Under the pieces are notes generated by a model. The model had not been told where the DNA came from. It was given only the letters and a program-made list of their open reading frames with translations, and searched no databases. 64,000 nt of DNA. It comes from an uncultured Gammaproteobacteria bacterium (lineage in GTDB: Bacteria; Patescibacteriota; Patescibacteriia; UBA2591; UBA6264). Positions 11,470-20,135 of the stretch are shown here, piece after piece. The DNA lies in NCBI GenBank assembly GCA_964580825.1, contig CAZOLB010000001.1, positions 3,066 through 67,065 of the forward strand. The letters run 5' to 3'. Every line of letters begins with the position of its first letter. The first letter of the stretch is position 1. The position numbers were made by a program, and so were the translations under genes.

Positions 11470-11745
11470 AAGTGATATTGCCTTTAAAAAACTTAAGTCC
11501 CAATCATTCTACTCGGCCGGATTAAACGTTTTAAATCAGAATAAAGAAATTAGCGCAAATTTACACTGATTTAGAACCTAAAATCGGATCTTTGGGCAAA
11601 ACTGGCCGAGTATACGCAAAATCCCCCTTCAGAAAAAAAATTCCTAGAGGGATAAGATTTAGCAATTTTATTTATTTTACGCCTCTATACAAGTTAATTG
11701 GGATTAAAATAGTAGAGATTAAAATTGTTGTAATAACCGTATTTT

Positions 11746-11773
11746 ATAATAGCAAATATTCTCTAAATGTCAA
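11746..11773 (-). promoter_or_regulatory. Putative sigma70 promoter of rpoBC
   Basis: TTGACA-16 nt-TATTAT with extended -10 TG; DnaA-box-like TTTTCCACA and CTATCCACA lie just upstream (~11810-11830). Confidence 0.5.
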
Positions 11774-11835
11774 GTTTTATTTTTTGGCTCTATAAAGCCA
11801 AAAAATAGGTTTTCCACATTCTATCCACAGCTAAA

Positions 11836-13209
11836 TTACACAAAATTTTTTAACTCTTTCCTTGCCGCCTCTCTGTCATCCCAAAAAACTCTTTTTCCGC
11901 CCGCAATCATAATACACTGTTCAGCTCCTTTCCCCGTGATTATAACCGCGTCTCCCGCTTTAGCCAAACTTAAAGCCTTTTTAATAGCCTGTCCGCGGTC
12001 AACGATTTTAAAAAGTCGTTTTTGAAAAATCATCTCCGAATTATCCTCTATACCCGTGATTACTTGATCAATAATCTCTTCAGGGTTTTCGTCATAAGGA
12101 TCCTCATTGGTAATAATGACATAATCTCCATACTTCATAGCGATTTTTCCAAGAACAGGCCTTTTCCACTTATCTCTTCCCCCACCAGTGGCTCCTAAAA
12201 CACAAATCAATTTAGATTCGCTAAATTTTTTTAAAGTTTGATAAACTTTCTCCAAATGGTCCGGCGTGTGAGCATAATCAACAATCACCATAAAAGGATT
12301 CTTTACCACTATCTCCATGCGTCCGGGCATTTCCCCAACCCGAGACAAAGCGTCTCGACAAACATTCAAGTCCACTCCTTGAGACGACGCAACGCCAATA
12401 GCCGCTAAAGCGTTGGCAACATTAAATTCTCCCAAAAGGTTTATTTTAAATTTTATCCCTTTAACCGTAAAATCCGAACCGTTCGGACCTAATTGTATAT
12501 TATCCGCTTTAACAAATTTAATTTTAAAATCTTTGTCTTGTTTTAATTCTCCTTTTGCCTGCCGGCAAACAGAAAATTCGGATTCCAAATTTTTTATTGT
12601 ATAGCCATATTTTTTATCAACTCTAAAATCCAAAAAATAACTACTATTTTCGTCATCTGCGTTAACGATTATTACTTTATCAATAATTCTACCCTCGATC
12701 TTCTTTCTCCCACTTCCGCTTAAATGTTGAAAAAGCTTTTGTTTCGCTTCCCGATACTTTTCAAACCCTCCATGAGCTTCGAGATGTTCAAAGCTTAACC
12801 CCGTAAAAACGCCCACATCGTAATTAATACCTAAATGCCGCGACTGAACTATACCCTGAGAACTTGTTTCTATTACCGCATATCGGCAACCGGACAAAAA
12901 CATTTTTTTCAATAACTTCTGCAGGGCAAAACGGCCGAGCATAGTCATTCTTGTTTTGTTGACTGTTTCTTGCCCGGCAATTCTAAAATTAAAAGTGGTG
13001 GCGATTCCCACTTTAAAACCCGCTTGTTCTAAAACTTTTCCAATCAAATTTACTACAGTCGATTTGCCTGAAGTGCCGGTCACGCCAATCACAATCATTT
13101 TTTTACTCGGCCAACCATAAATAAAACCGGCCAAATATGCCAGGAACCAGTGATAAATCAAAAAAACCGGCTTAGGAATTATTTTTTCAAAAATTTTTTT
13201 AACAATCAT
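11836..13209 (-). CDS. murE: UDP-N-acetylmuramyl-tripeptide synthetase (MurE family)
   Basis: GVTGTSGKST, ETSSQG, EHLEAH, DYAHTPD, GGGRDKWKRP, NEDPYDE, TGKGAE; start codon uncertain. Confidence 0.92.
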   Translation of the reverse strand: MIVKKIFEKIIPKPVFLIYHWFLAYLAGFIYGWPSKKMIVIGVTGTSGKSTVVNLIGKVLEQAGFKVGIATTFNFRIAGQETVNKTRMTMLGRFALQKLLKKMFLSGCRYAVIETSSQGIVQSRHLGINYDVGVFTGLSFEHLEAHGGFEKYREAKQKLFQHLSGSGRKKIEGRIIDKVIIVNADDENSSYFLDFRVDKKYGYTIKNLESEFSVCRQAKGELKQDKDFKIKFVKADNIQLGPNGSDFTVKGIKFKINLLGEFNVANALAAIGVASSQGVDLNVCRDALSRVGEMPGRMEIVVKNPFMVIVDYAHTPDHLEKVYQTLKKFSESKLICVLGATGGGRDKWKRPVLGKIAMKYGDYVIITNEDPYDENPEEIIDQVITGIEDNSEMIFQKRLFKIVDRGQAIKKALSLAKAGDAVIITGKGAEQCIMIAGGKRVFWDDREAARKELKNFV

Positions 13210-13228
13210 ACAATCATAAATATGCAAC

Positions 13229-13250
13229 TAATGCAACGTTAAACGTTGCA
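13229..13250. repeat. REP-like palindrome downstream of the RAYT gene
   Basis: TAATGCAACGTTAAACGTTGCA is the exact inverse complement of 14023-14044. Confidence 0.85.
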
Positions 13251-13266
13251 CCTTTATTGCACCTTG

Positions 13267-13995
13267 CTACTCTAATATATATTTGGTAATATCCTCAAAA
13301 TCATCTTTAAACCATTTATCAATAAAATCTTCATAACCCTCAAAACCATTTTTATCAAATTCTACCTCGAATAATTCTGAAACTGTCTGATAATCAATTA
13401 AAAGTGAATGACGCTTACCCATATAGTCCAAATGAGCTGACCATTTATATGAATCAGTAAACTGTCTTATCTTAACACGATCCTGGAGACGATGTTCTTT
13501 CCAGTTTGGTTCGACCAACTTCGCATGGTTCAAATTAATATACCTTAACAAAACCATCGCATATTTAATATCTTTAACACCAATAGACTGGTAAGAATTT
13601 TGAAATAAACGACCACGTCTTTCATGTCGAGCATTAAAATATTTAGTATAAGCATTAGCAATCCTATTCATATATTTCGAGATTCCACCATCTATTAAAG
13701 AAATTAAGATGAAATGGAAATGATTTGGAAGGAGATTCCAAGTAATAAAAGTAGTTAAAGGAGATGATTCTCTGTTGTAAAAACTTTCAGGCGGCTCTTC
13801 GCTGGTTAATATTGCTTCAGCTGCTTGTATGGTTTCCTTTTGGGTCATATTCCTCTTGGGACTCCCTATTCTGTATACCCACATTAGAAATATAAAACGG
13901 CAATACTCGGCATAATCGTTGAAAATCTTACGTTCCTCCGTTCCGTGGTTAAATATATGAAACGGAATTTCTGCTTTTGTAAAATATTGACGCAT
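13267..13995 (-). mobile_element. REP-associated tyrosine (Y1/HUH, IS200-like) transposase, RAYT
   Basis: FHIFNHG...IF, HUH motif LPNHFH, YTKYFN.RHERRGRLFQ, RYINLN, YKWSA; ATG at 13995; flanked by inverted palindromes. Confidence 0.88.
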
Positions 13996-14022
13996 AAATA
14001 AAATTGAATATTTATTATTCAA

Positions 14023-14044
14023 TGCAACGTTTAACGTTGCATTA
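14023..14044. repeat. REP-like palindrome upstream of the RAYT gene
   Basis: TGCAACGTTTAACGTTGCATTA; inverse complement of 13229-13250. Confidence 0.85.
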
Positions 14045-14093
14045 TTTTCTGGCACGCCAAATGCTCGCGAGAAAACTTTCACCCCCACACCAA

Positions 14094-14165
14094 TCCCCTC
14101 GACAGGAATCGAACCTGTATCCTAAGCTCCGGAAGCTTATATTCTATCCATTGAACTACGAGGGG
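14094..14165 (-). tRNA. tRNA-Arg(CCG)
   Basis: CCCCTCG/CGAGGGG acceptor stem, anticodon arm TAAGC-TTCCGGA-GCTTA, T-loop GGTTCGATTCC; CCA not encoded. Confidence 0.95.
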
Positions 14166-14183
14166 AAAAATTGGAGTGGGCAA

Positions 14184-14237
14184 AACCTCTATCCCGGACT
14201 CAGAAAAACTGTATTTTATCACCTCAACTACGAGGGC
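14184..14237 (-). pseudogene. Decayed tandem tRNA-Arg-like copy
   Basis: 37/54 ungapped identity to the adjacent tRNA-Arg; the aligned anticodon reads TCT; stems are disrupted. Confidence 0.6.
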
Positions 14238-14285
14238 CCAGACCATAACCAACAAATACATCGCCTGATTTTTAAGCGACTTCCA

Positions 14286-14873
14286 TTATTCGGTTAAAGA
14301 CAACAAAGGAATGTCTCGATTTAATTCCTTATAATCAGGCAATTCTTGCAAAGAATTAATGCCTAAATGGCGAATAAAATCCAGACTAACGCTATAAATT
14401 TCCTCCTTTATTTCAGGCCCCATTGATTCTTTCCCGCCATCCTCAACCTGGGCAGCATTATCCGAGGCGGAAAGCGATTGTTCGACTATTAAACCTTTAA
14501 TTAAAAGATTGCGTAAAATAATACTGCAATTAACGCCTCTAATTTGTTCTAAGTCGCTTTTGGTAATCGGCCCTCGATAAGCGATAATTGACAATGTTTC
14601 CAGCGAAGCCGGCGTCAATTCTTTATTAACCTCTTGTTTTAAAAATTCCTGAATGAATGGCGCGCTCTGGGCGTCGGTAACCATTTGAAATTCTTCGCCG
14701 TTGTTGATAATTTTAATTCCTCCTTGTTTTTTGTTATATTCCTCGACTAATTCCAATAAAACCCGTTCTATTTCTCCTTTTGTCCGGCCCGAGATTTTAC
14801 TCACTTCTTCTTTTGTCAAAGGCCTATTGGCGATAAAAAGCAAGCTTTCAACTATTGATTTTGGCGTTGTCAT
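14286..14873 (-). CDS. scpB: SMC-Scp complex subunit ScpB
   Basis: ESLLFIA, LETLSIIAYRGPITK..LEQIRGVN, GINSLQELP. Confidence 0.95.
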   Translation of the reverse strand: MTTPKSIVESLLFIANRPLTKEEVSKISGRTKGEIERVLLELVEEYNKKQGGIKIINNGEEFQMVTDAQSAPFIQEFLKQEVNKELTPASLETLSIIAYRGPITKSDLEQIRGVNCSIILRNLLIKGLIVEQSLSASDNAAQVEDGGKESMGPEIKEEIYSVSLDFIRHLGINSLQELPDYKELNRDIPLLSLTE

Positions 14874-14891
14874 AAATTCATGATTTAAAAC

Positions 14892-15587
14892 CTACATTAA
14901 TTTTTTAATTACAATCTCTTTAAATAAACCCTCCTGGCTAACCGCTATCCGCCTTTCTTTCATTAATTCCAAAACTGCCAAAAATGCCACCCCTTGTTCC
15001 ACTTTGCTTTTCTGGCTGATAATATGGTTAAAAACAATTTCTCGATGTTTCTTAATTAAATTAAGCAACTCGGCTATTTTTTCTTTTAAAGAAACAATTT
15101 TCCTTCTGATAATTTTTTGAGATAGTTTTGTCTGATTTGTAACAGCAGAAATGATATTTTTAAAAACCCTTTTCAGCAGATTCGGACTTATTTCTATATT
15201 CAAAGAAAGTTCCGGAATATTTTTTAAAGAAATTTTATTTTTGGCAAATGCGTAATCGGAATTAACGAATATTCGATTGATCTTTTTGGCGGCCAGAGCG
15301 TAGTGGCGGTAAACTTTCAACTGATCGATTAAGGTTTCCTCTTCTTCCTCCGATTCCGCTCCGGGAATTAAAAGTTTCGATTTAAGCAAAACCAACCTGG
15401 CGGCAATATCCAAAAAATCGGCTAATTCATCAGGGTGAGATTGCTCAATATCGCCGAGATATTTAAGAAACTCATCAGTTACCTTTGATAAGGAAATTTC
15501 GGTAATATCCAATTTTTCTTTTTCAACTAACTGAAGTAATAAATCAAACGGTCCGCTAAATTGTCCTGTTTCCACTTGATAAGCCAT
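14892..15587 (-). CDS. scpA: Segregation/condensation kleisin ScpA
   Basis: FSGPFDLLLQLV, LKSKLLIP, FLAVLELMK; upstream of scpB. Confidence 0.95.
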   Translation of the reverse strand: MAYQVETGQFSGPFDLLLQLVEKEKLDITEISLSKVTDEFLKYLGDIEQSHPDELADFLDIAARLVLLKSKLLIPGAESEEEEETLIDQLKVYRHYALAAKKINRIFVNSDYAFAKNKISLKNIPELSLNIEISPNLLKRVFKNIISAVTNQTKLSQKIIRRKIVSLKEKIAELLNLIKKHREIVFNHIISQKSKVEQGVAFLAVLELMKERRIAVSQEGLFKEIVIKKLM

Positions 15588-15711
15588 AAACTCACTGCGC
15601 TTAAAATTCCAAGTTATAAAATCCTTTTAAATCTTAATTTGTCAATAGAAATTCTTAATTATTCTTAATCCTAATTTTATCTCTTAAATTTTGGCTGGTC
15701 ATTTTACATTT

Positions 15712-17538
15712 TTAGTTTCTTAAACTTATCACCGCTTTTATTCTCCTTACCCCGGCGCCGCTAGCTTCTTCTTTAATTATTTTAAATTTGCCGATTTCCT
15801 TAGTATTTTTGACATGAGGACCGGCGCAAATCTCTTTGGAAAAATCGCCAACCGAATAAACCCTGACCACTTTAGGATATTTTTCTTTAAAAAAAGCTAA
15901 AGCGCCCGATTCTATCGCTTGTTCATAAGACATTTCCTCCATTTTGACTTCCAAATTTCGACTTATCGCTAGATTTACCGCTTCTTCCACTCTTTTTAAT
16001 TCTTCTTTGGTTAACTTTTGCGGGTGAGTAAAATCAAATCTCAATCTTTCTGGAGTTAAGTCAGAACCTGCTTGCTGGACATGATTGCCCAAAATCCGAC
16101 GCAAGGCCTGATGCAAAAGATGGGTGGCGGTATGATGAGGCGCGACTTGATTTCCCCATTCACCCACGCCGCCAAATTTTTTCTTAACCCCGGCCCGAGA
16201 AACATCTTGATGATGACTAAATTCTTCTTTAAAATCTTCTTCCACCACTTTCAGATTCTTCTCTGCGGCTAATTCCTGCGTTAGTTCAAAAGGAAATCCA
16301 TAAGTATCATATAAATGAAAAACTGTTCTTTTGTCTATAATTTCAGATTCCGACTGCAAAGTTCTGTCCGTCGCTTTTTTAAATTCTTTTAATCCTTCAT
16401 TTAGAGTTTTGCTAAATTTCTCTTCTTCTTTTTGAATAATAGTTAAAATATCACTTTGTTTTTTTATAAGTTCCGGATAAATATTTTGGTAAATGCCAAT
16501 TACTTCGTCGGCAATTGGACTTAAAATATTTTTAACCTGACTGTCGGCCATAATTCGAGAATGACGAATAGCGCGTCTTAAAATACGGCGCAAAACATAA
16601 CCGCGATCTTCTTTGCTGGGAAGTATCCCGTCGGCGATTAAAAAAACCGCAGCTCTGAGATGATCGGCGATAATTCGACAACTCTTGGAGTTTTGCGTAT
16701 TTTCGCGGCTATTGCAATAAAATAACTTCTCAATCTTTTTAATTATCGGCGAGAATAATTCCGTTTCATAATCAGATTCTTTATTTTGTAAAACGCAGGT
16801 CAATCTCTCTAATCCCGCACCGGTATCGACATTTTGTGCCGGCAACTTTCTGTATTCTCCCTTTTCTGTTTTGTCATATTCCATAAAAACCAAATTCCAA
16901 ATTTCCACAAAGCGGCCGCAACCACAATTAGGCCCGCAACCCGGCAAAGTGCATTTTTTTTTCTGAAACTCTTTTCCTCGGTCGTAATGTATTTCCGAGC
17001 AAGGACCACAAGGACCACAAGAGCCGACCGGACCCCAAAAATTACATTCCGAACCAAATTCTTTGATTCTTTCCTTAGGAATGCCATTTTCTTGCCAAAA
17101 TTTCTTTGCCTCGCTGTCCGAAGGAATATTTCCCTCTCCTTTAAAAACCGTGACCCATAACCTGTCTTTTCTTAAATGATATTGATCGACTAATAATTCC
17201 AAGGCCATGGCGATCGCCTCTTTTTTAAAATAATCGCCAAAAGACCAGTTCCCCAACATCTCAAAAAAAGTGTGATGAAACTCATCTCCTACTTCATCAA
17301 TATCAGAAGTACGAAAACATTTCTGAACCGAACAAGCTCGACGATATGGCGGTTCAACCTTGCCACTTAAATAAGGAATGAACTGCTGCATTCCGGCTGA
17401 AGTAAAAAGAACGGTCGGATCGGCCGGAACCAAAGAAGAAGACGAAACCAATTGATGCTTCTTACTTTTAAAAAAATCTAAAAAAATCTCTCTGACGCGA
17501 CTAGATTCGAATTCGTATTTTTTATTTTCATCTAACAT
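15712..17538 (-). CDS. alaS: Alanine--tRNA ligase (short form lacking the C-Ala domain)
   Basis: LFTSAGMQQF, HHTFFEMLGNWSFGDYFK, DTGAGLER, editing motifs HTATHLLH and EICAGPH. Confidence 0.97.
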   Translation of the reverse strand: MLDENKKYEFESSRVREIFLDFFKSKKHQLVSSSSLVPADPTVLFTSAGMQQFIPYLSGKVEPPYRRACSVQKCFRTSDIDEVGDEFHHTFFEMLGNWSFGDYFKKEAIAMALELLVDQYHLRKDRLWVTVFKGEGNIPSDSEAKKFWQENGIPKERIKEFGSECNFWGPVGSCGPCGPCSEIHYDRGKEFQKKKCTLPGCGPNCGCGRFVEIWNLVFMEYDKTEKGEYRKLPAQNVDTGAGLERLTCVLQNKESDYETELFSPIIKKIEKLFYCNSRENTQNSKSCRIIADHLRAAVFLIADGILPSKEDRGYVLRRILRRAIRHSRIMADSQVKNILSPIADEVIGIYQNIYPELIKKQSDILTIIQKEEEKFSKTLNEGLKEFKKATDRTLQSESEIIDKRTVFHLYDTYGFPFELTQELAAEKNLKVVEEDFKEEFSHHQDVSRAGVKKKFGGVGEWGNQVAPHHTATHLLHQALRRILGNHVQQAGSDLTPERLRFDFTHPQKLTKEELKRVEEAVNLAISRNLEVKMEEMSYEQAIESGALAFFKEKYPKVVRVYSVGDFSKEICAGPHVKNTKEIGKFKIIKEEASGAGVRRIKAVISLRN

Positions 17539-17550
17539 AATTTGTTTGCG

Positions 17551-18567
17551 CTATTTACAAGCCGGTTCGCTATGATTTTTCCCGTTTATCTTATTGAATA
17601 AATGGCCCCCGAGATAATAAAATAATATTAAAATACCCAAAATGACAAAACTAAAATCAATTAATCTCGTCAATAAACTAAAACTCAACCCCGTTTCGGC
17701 GGTAGAATGAAACCACTGAAAAACCAAAGTGTTCGTACCTTCAAGAACTCCTAAGTTGGCCGGAAGAGGAACAAATCCGGCAACCACCATCAAAATTCTC
17801 ATTACCATTCCGCTGAATAATGAACAAGATTCTCTTAAAAAACTTAAAAAAAGCATCACTTGACAAACGCTGGCAAAAAAACTTAAAGCGGTAAATACCA
17901 TAATCGGACCGAGTTGCGAAAGAGGCCTCTCAAAGAAAACCGTAACGCTATGGCCGATACCTCGTAAATTTTCTCCGTTCCTTCTCACATATTCCAATTT
18001 TTCCAGACGGAAAATTTTGATTAAAAAATTTAGTATTCTCTCCAATCCGGGAAATTTAAAAATAAAAAAAAGTAAAAAAACAGGCAAAGACACTAAAATA
18101 GCCAAAAACAAAACAGCATTCAAATTTCTTTCCAAAAAGAAAATAATAATCCCGATAAAAATAAAAAGGCAAAAACCGATAATATCAAACAATCTGTCGA
18201 GGATAATCGAGACGACTCCTTTAGACAGGGATATATTAAAAAATTTCTTTAAAACAAAAATCCTAACGCCTTCGCCGCCCCAATAAATACCGGGGGTAAG
18301 ATAGCTGACAGCAAACTCTCCCAATCTGGCCGCGGCTAATTTTCTAAAAGGCAAATTTCCAAAACCCATCGTCCTTAATACTATTCGCCAACGAATTATC
18401 CAAAAAATAATTTTAAAAAAAGTCAGAATAAAAAGCGCCGCCATCTGCCACAAAAGCAAATCGCTAAATCTTAACAAAACACCTTTAAGACCGATGTGTT
18501 GATAAATCCAGACGGTTAAAAACACACCCACTATCAACGAAACGCTAAACAAAATAATTTTTCTCAT
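17551..18567 (-). CDS. Lysylphosphatidylglycerol synthase TM/flippase-like (UPF0104) membrane protein
   Basis: Multi-TM; RWRIVL, YLTPG..GGEGVR, DRLFD, PLPANLGVLEG. Confidence 0.8.
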   Translation of the reverse strand: MRKIILFSVSLIVGVFLTVWIYQHIGLKGVLLRFSDLLLWQMAALFILTFFKIIFWIIRWRIVLRTMGFGNLPFRKLAAARLGEFAVSYLTPGIYWGGEGVRIFVLKKFFNISLSKGVVSIILDRLFDIIGFCLFIFIGIIIFFLERNLNAVLFLAILVSLPVFLLFFIFKFPGLERILNFLIKIFRLEKLEYVRRNGENLRGIGHSVTVFFERPLSQLGPIMVFTALSFFASVCQVMLFLSFLRESCSLFSGMVMRILMVVAGFVPLPANLGVLEGTNTLVFQWFHSTAETGLSFSLLTRLIDFSFVILGILILFYYLGGHLFNKINGKNHSEPACK

Positions 18568-18602
18568 ACCTGAATTTGCAATATAATTTCTTTATTACTC
18601 TA

Positions 18603-20099
18603 TTACTCTTGCTTATCTTTAAATGACTTTAAGCATTGCCGACAATAAACGGGCCTGATTCCATCGGGAATAAAGGGAACATAAATTTCTAGGCCGCATT
18701 TATCGCACTTCGACTTATATTTATTTGTTTCAATTTCCCTAATCTCTCCTTGCTTTTTCCCCTCCTTCCTCTTCTCTTTGGAGATCCCGAGCCAACGGCC
18801 TATTTTCTGCTCAACCAACCCCTGCGGTTCTGTATAACGTTCTCGCGAAATTTTTATTATCTTATCTTTATTTTCTTCCGGCTTCAGAGAAGACTCCGAT
18901 ATTCTGGCAAAAATAGGGTCGGAAATAGCGCCATTAACCGCCATTTTAACAAACAATTCATATCTCTTTAAATTAGCCAATTTATTTTTATTGAAACGTC
19001 GGCGCGCAACTTCCTTAGACAAAGATAAAGCGTCTTCGGCGTTCACTTTATAAGCGAGAATCGTTCCAATGTTATTAAAAATTGCATCTTTAATTCTCAA
19101 ATTCCGCTTTGTTTCGCTCAATTGCCCAAGATACTGATGCGCCAGGATTAAATTTACATAATGTTTATTTTCTTGAGAAATCATCTCTTTAAAAGAATCG
19201 GTAATCAGATCGGAGAACTCATCAATATATAAATAAAAATCGCGACGTTGATTTTCGGAAACACTAAGCCGCTCTATGGCAATCATCTGAATTTTTGTCA
19301 CCAACATCGCCCCGAAAAATGCGGCTATTTCTTCCCCAACTATCGCTTTTGACAAATTTACTATTAAAATTTTCTCTTTATTGATAACTTCATCGATGTC
19401 AACTTTCGAGCTAACTTGTCCGGCAATATTTCTCACTAAAGGAATAGAGAAAAAAGCGCCAATTTTCTCTTGTATGGGGATTATAACTTCAGTTCGTAAA
19501 CGCTCATCATATCGCGGATATTCCTTCTCCCAAAACGCTTTTACTCCCTCGTCGCTTACTCTCTCTACCACCTTCCGCCTATATTCTTCGTCGAGCAACA
19601 TTCTTTTAACACCTAAAAGTGTTGGGGACTGATATTCCAATAAAGCTAAAATAATATTGCGCAACACATGGATCACACGAGGATTAGGCAATTCACTTTT
19701 AATTTTCTCCAAAGCCGCAACAAGATTCGAAACAACCAAAAAATGCTGATAATTTCCCCCGACTCCCTTTAAAATATTAAAAGAAAAAGGATTTTTTACG
19801 TCCGCAAGATTAAGATAAATCGTATCATTAACGCGAGAAGAAGGAATAAAATCCACTACCCTTTTAGCCAAACCGCCATAAAAATCAATTAAAGCGACGC
19901 CATGGCCGGATAAAATGTCCTGACAAATCATTTTTTCCATCGTCCTTGACTTGCCGCTTCCCGCTACACCAATCAAATACATATGCCGCCGGCGGTCTTC
20001 CCTTTTAAGGCCCAGTTCGCGCCGAGGACCGTCGCCCTCCGTTTTGGCAAAAAAAACTATATCTTTTACTTCTTCTCCCTCTTTTTCGACTTCTACCAT
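18603..20099 (-). CDS. VirD4/TraG/HerA-like ATPase with C-terminal CxxC-x17-CxxC domain (degenerate paralog)
   Basis: DRRRHMYLIGVAGSGKS, LYIDEF, LILAHQY, C-terminal CDKC...VPFIPDGIRPVYCRQC; paralog of 48562-50154. Confidence 0.85.
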   Translation of the reverse strand: MVEVEKEGEEVKDIVFFAKTEGDGPRRELGLKREDRRRHMYLIGVAGSGKSRTMEKMICQDILSGHGVALIDFYGGLAKRVVDFIPSSRVNDTIYLNLADVKNPFSFNILKGVGGNYQHFLVVSNLVAALEKIKSELPNPRVIHVLRNIILALLEYQSPTLLGVKRMLLDEEYRRKVVERVSDEGVKAFWEKEYPRYDERLRTEVIIPIQEKIGAFFSIPLVRNIAGQVSSKVDIDEVINKEKILIVNLSKAIVGEEIAAFFGAMLVTKIQMIAIERLSVSENQRRDFYLYIDEFSDLITDSFKEMISQENKHYVNLILAHQYLGQLSETKRNLRIKDAIFNNIGTILAYKVNAEDALSLSKEVARRRFNKNKLANLKRYELFVKMAVNGAISDPIFARISESSLKPEENKDKIIKISRERYTEPQGLVEQKIGRWLGISKEKRKEGKKQGEIREIETNKYKSKCDKCGLEIYVPFIPDGIRPVYCRQCLKSFKDKQE

Positions 20100-20106
20100 A
20101 GTGGTT

Positions 20107-20135
20107 ATTATACCATTTTCTTTATTTTTTTTCAA
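20107..20135 (-). promoter_or_regulatory. Putative leaderless promoter of the ATPase gene
   Basis: TTGAAA-17 nt-TATAAT with extended TG, ending 7 nt before the ATG at 20099. Confidence 0.55.

Noticed and set aside
11810-11830. Replication origin
   Set aside because: Only two imperfect DnaA boxes, no dnaA/dnaN nearby and no switch in gene orientation
13996-14297. ORF-track N-terminal extension of the transposase and ORFs 14004-14297 and 14079-14261
   Set aside because: They run through the REP palindrome and tRNA-Arg; their internal peptide repeat reflects the tRNA duplication
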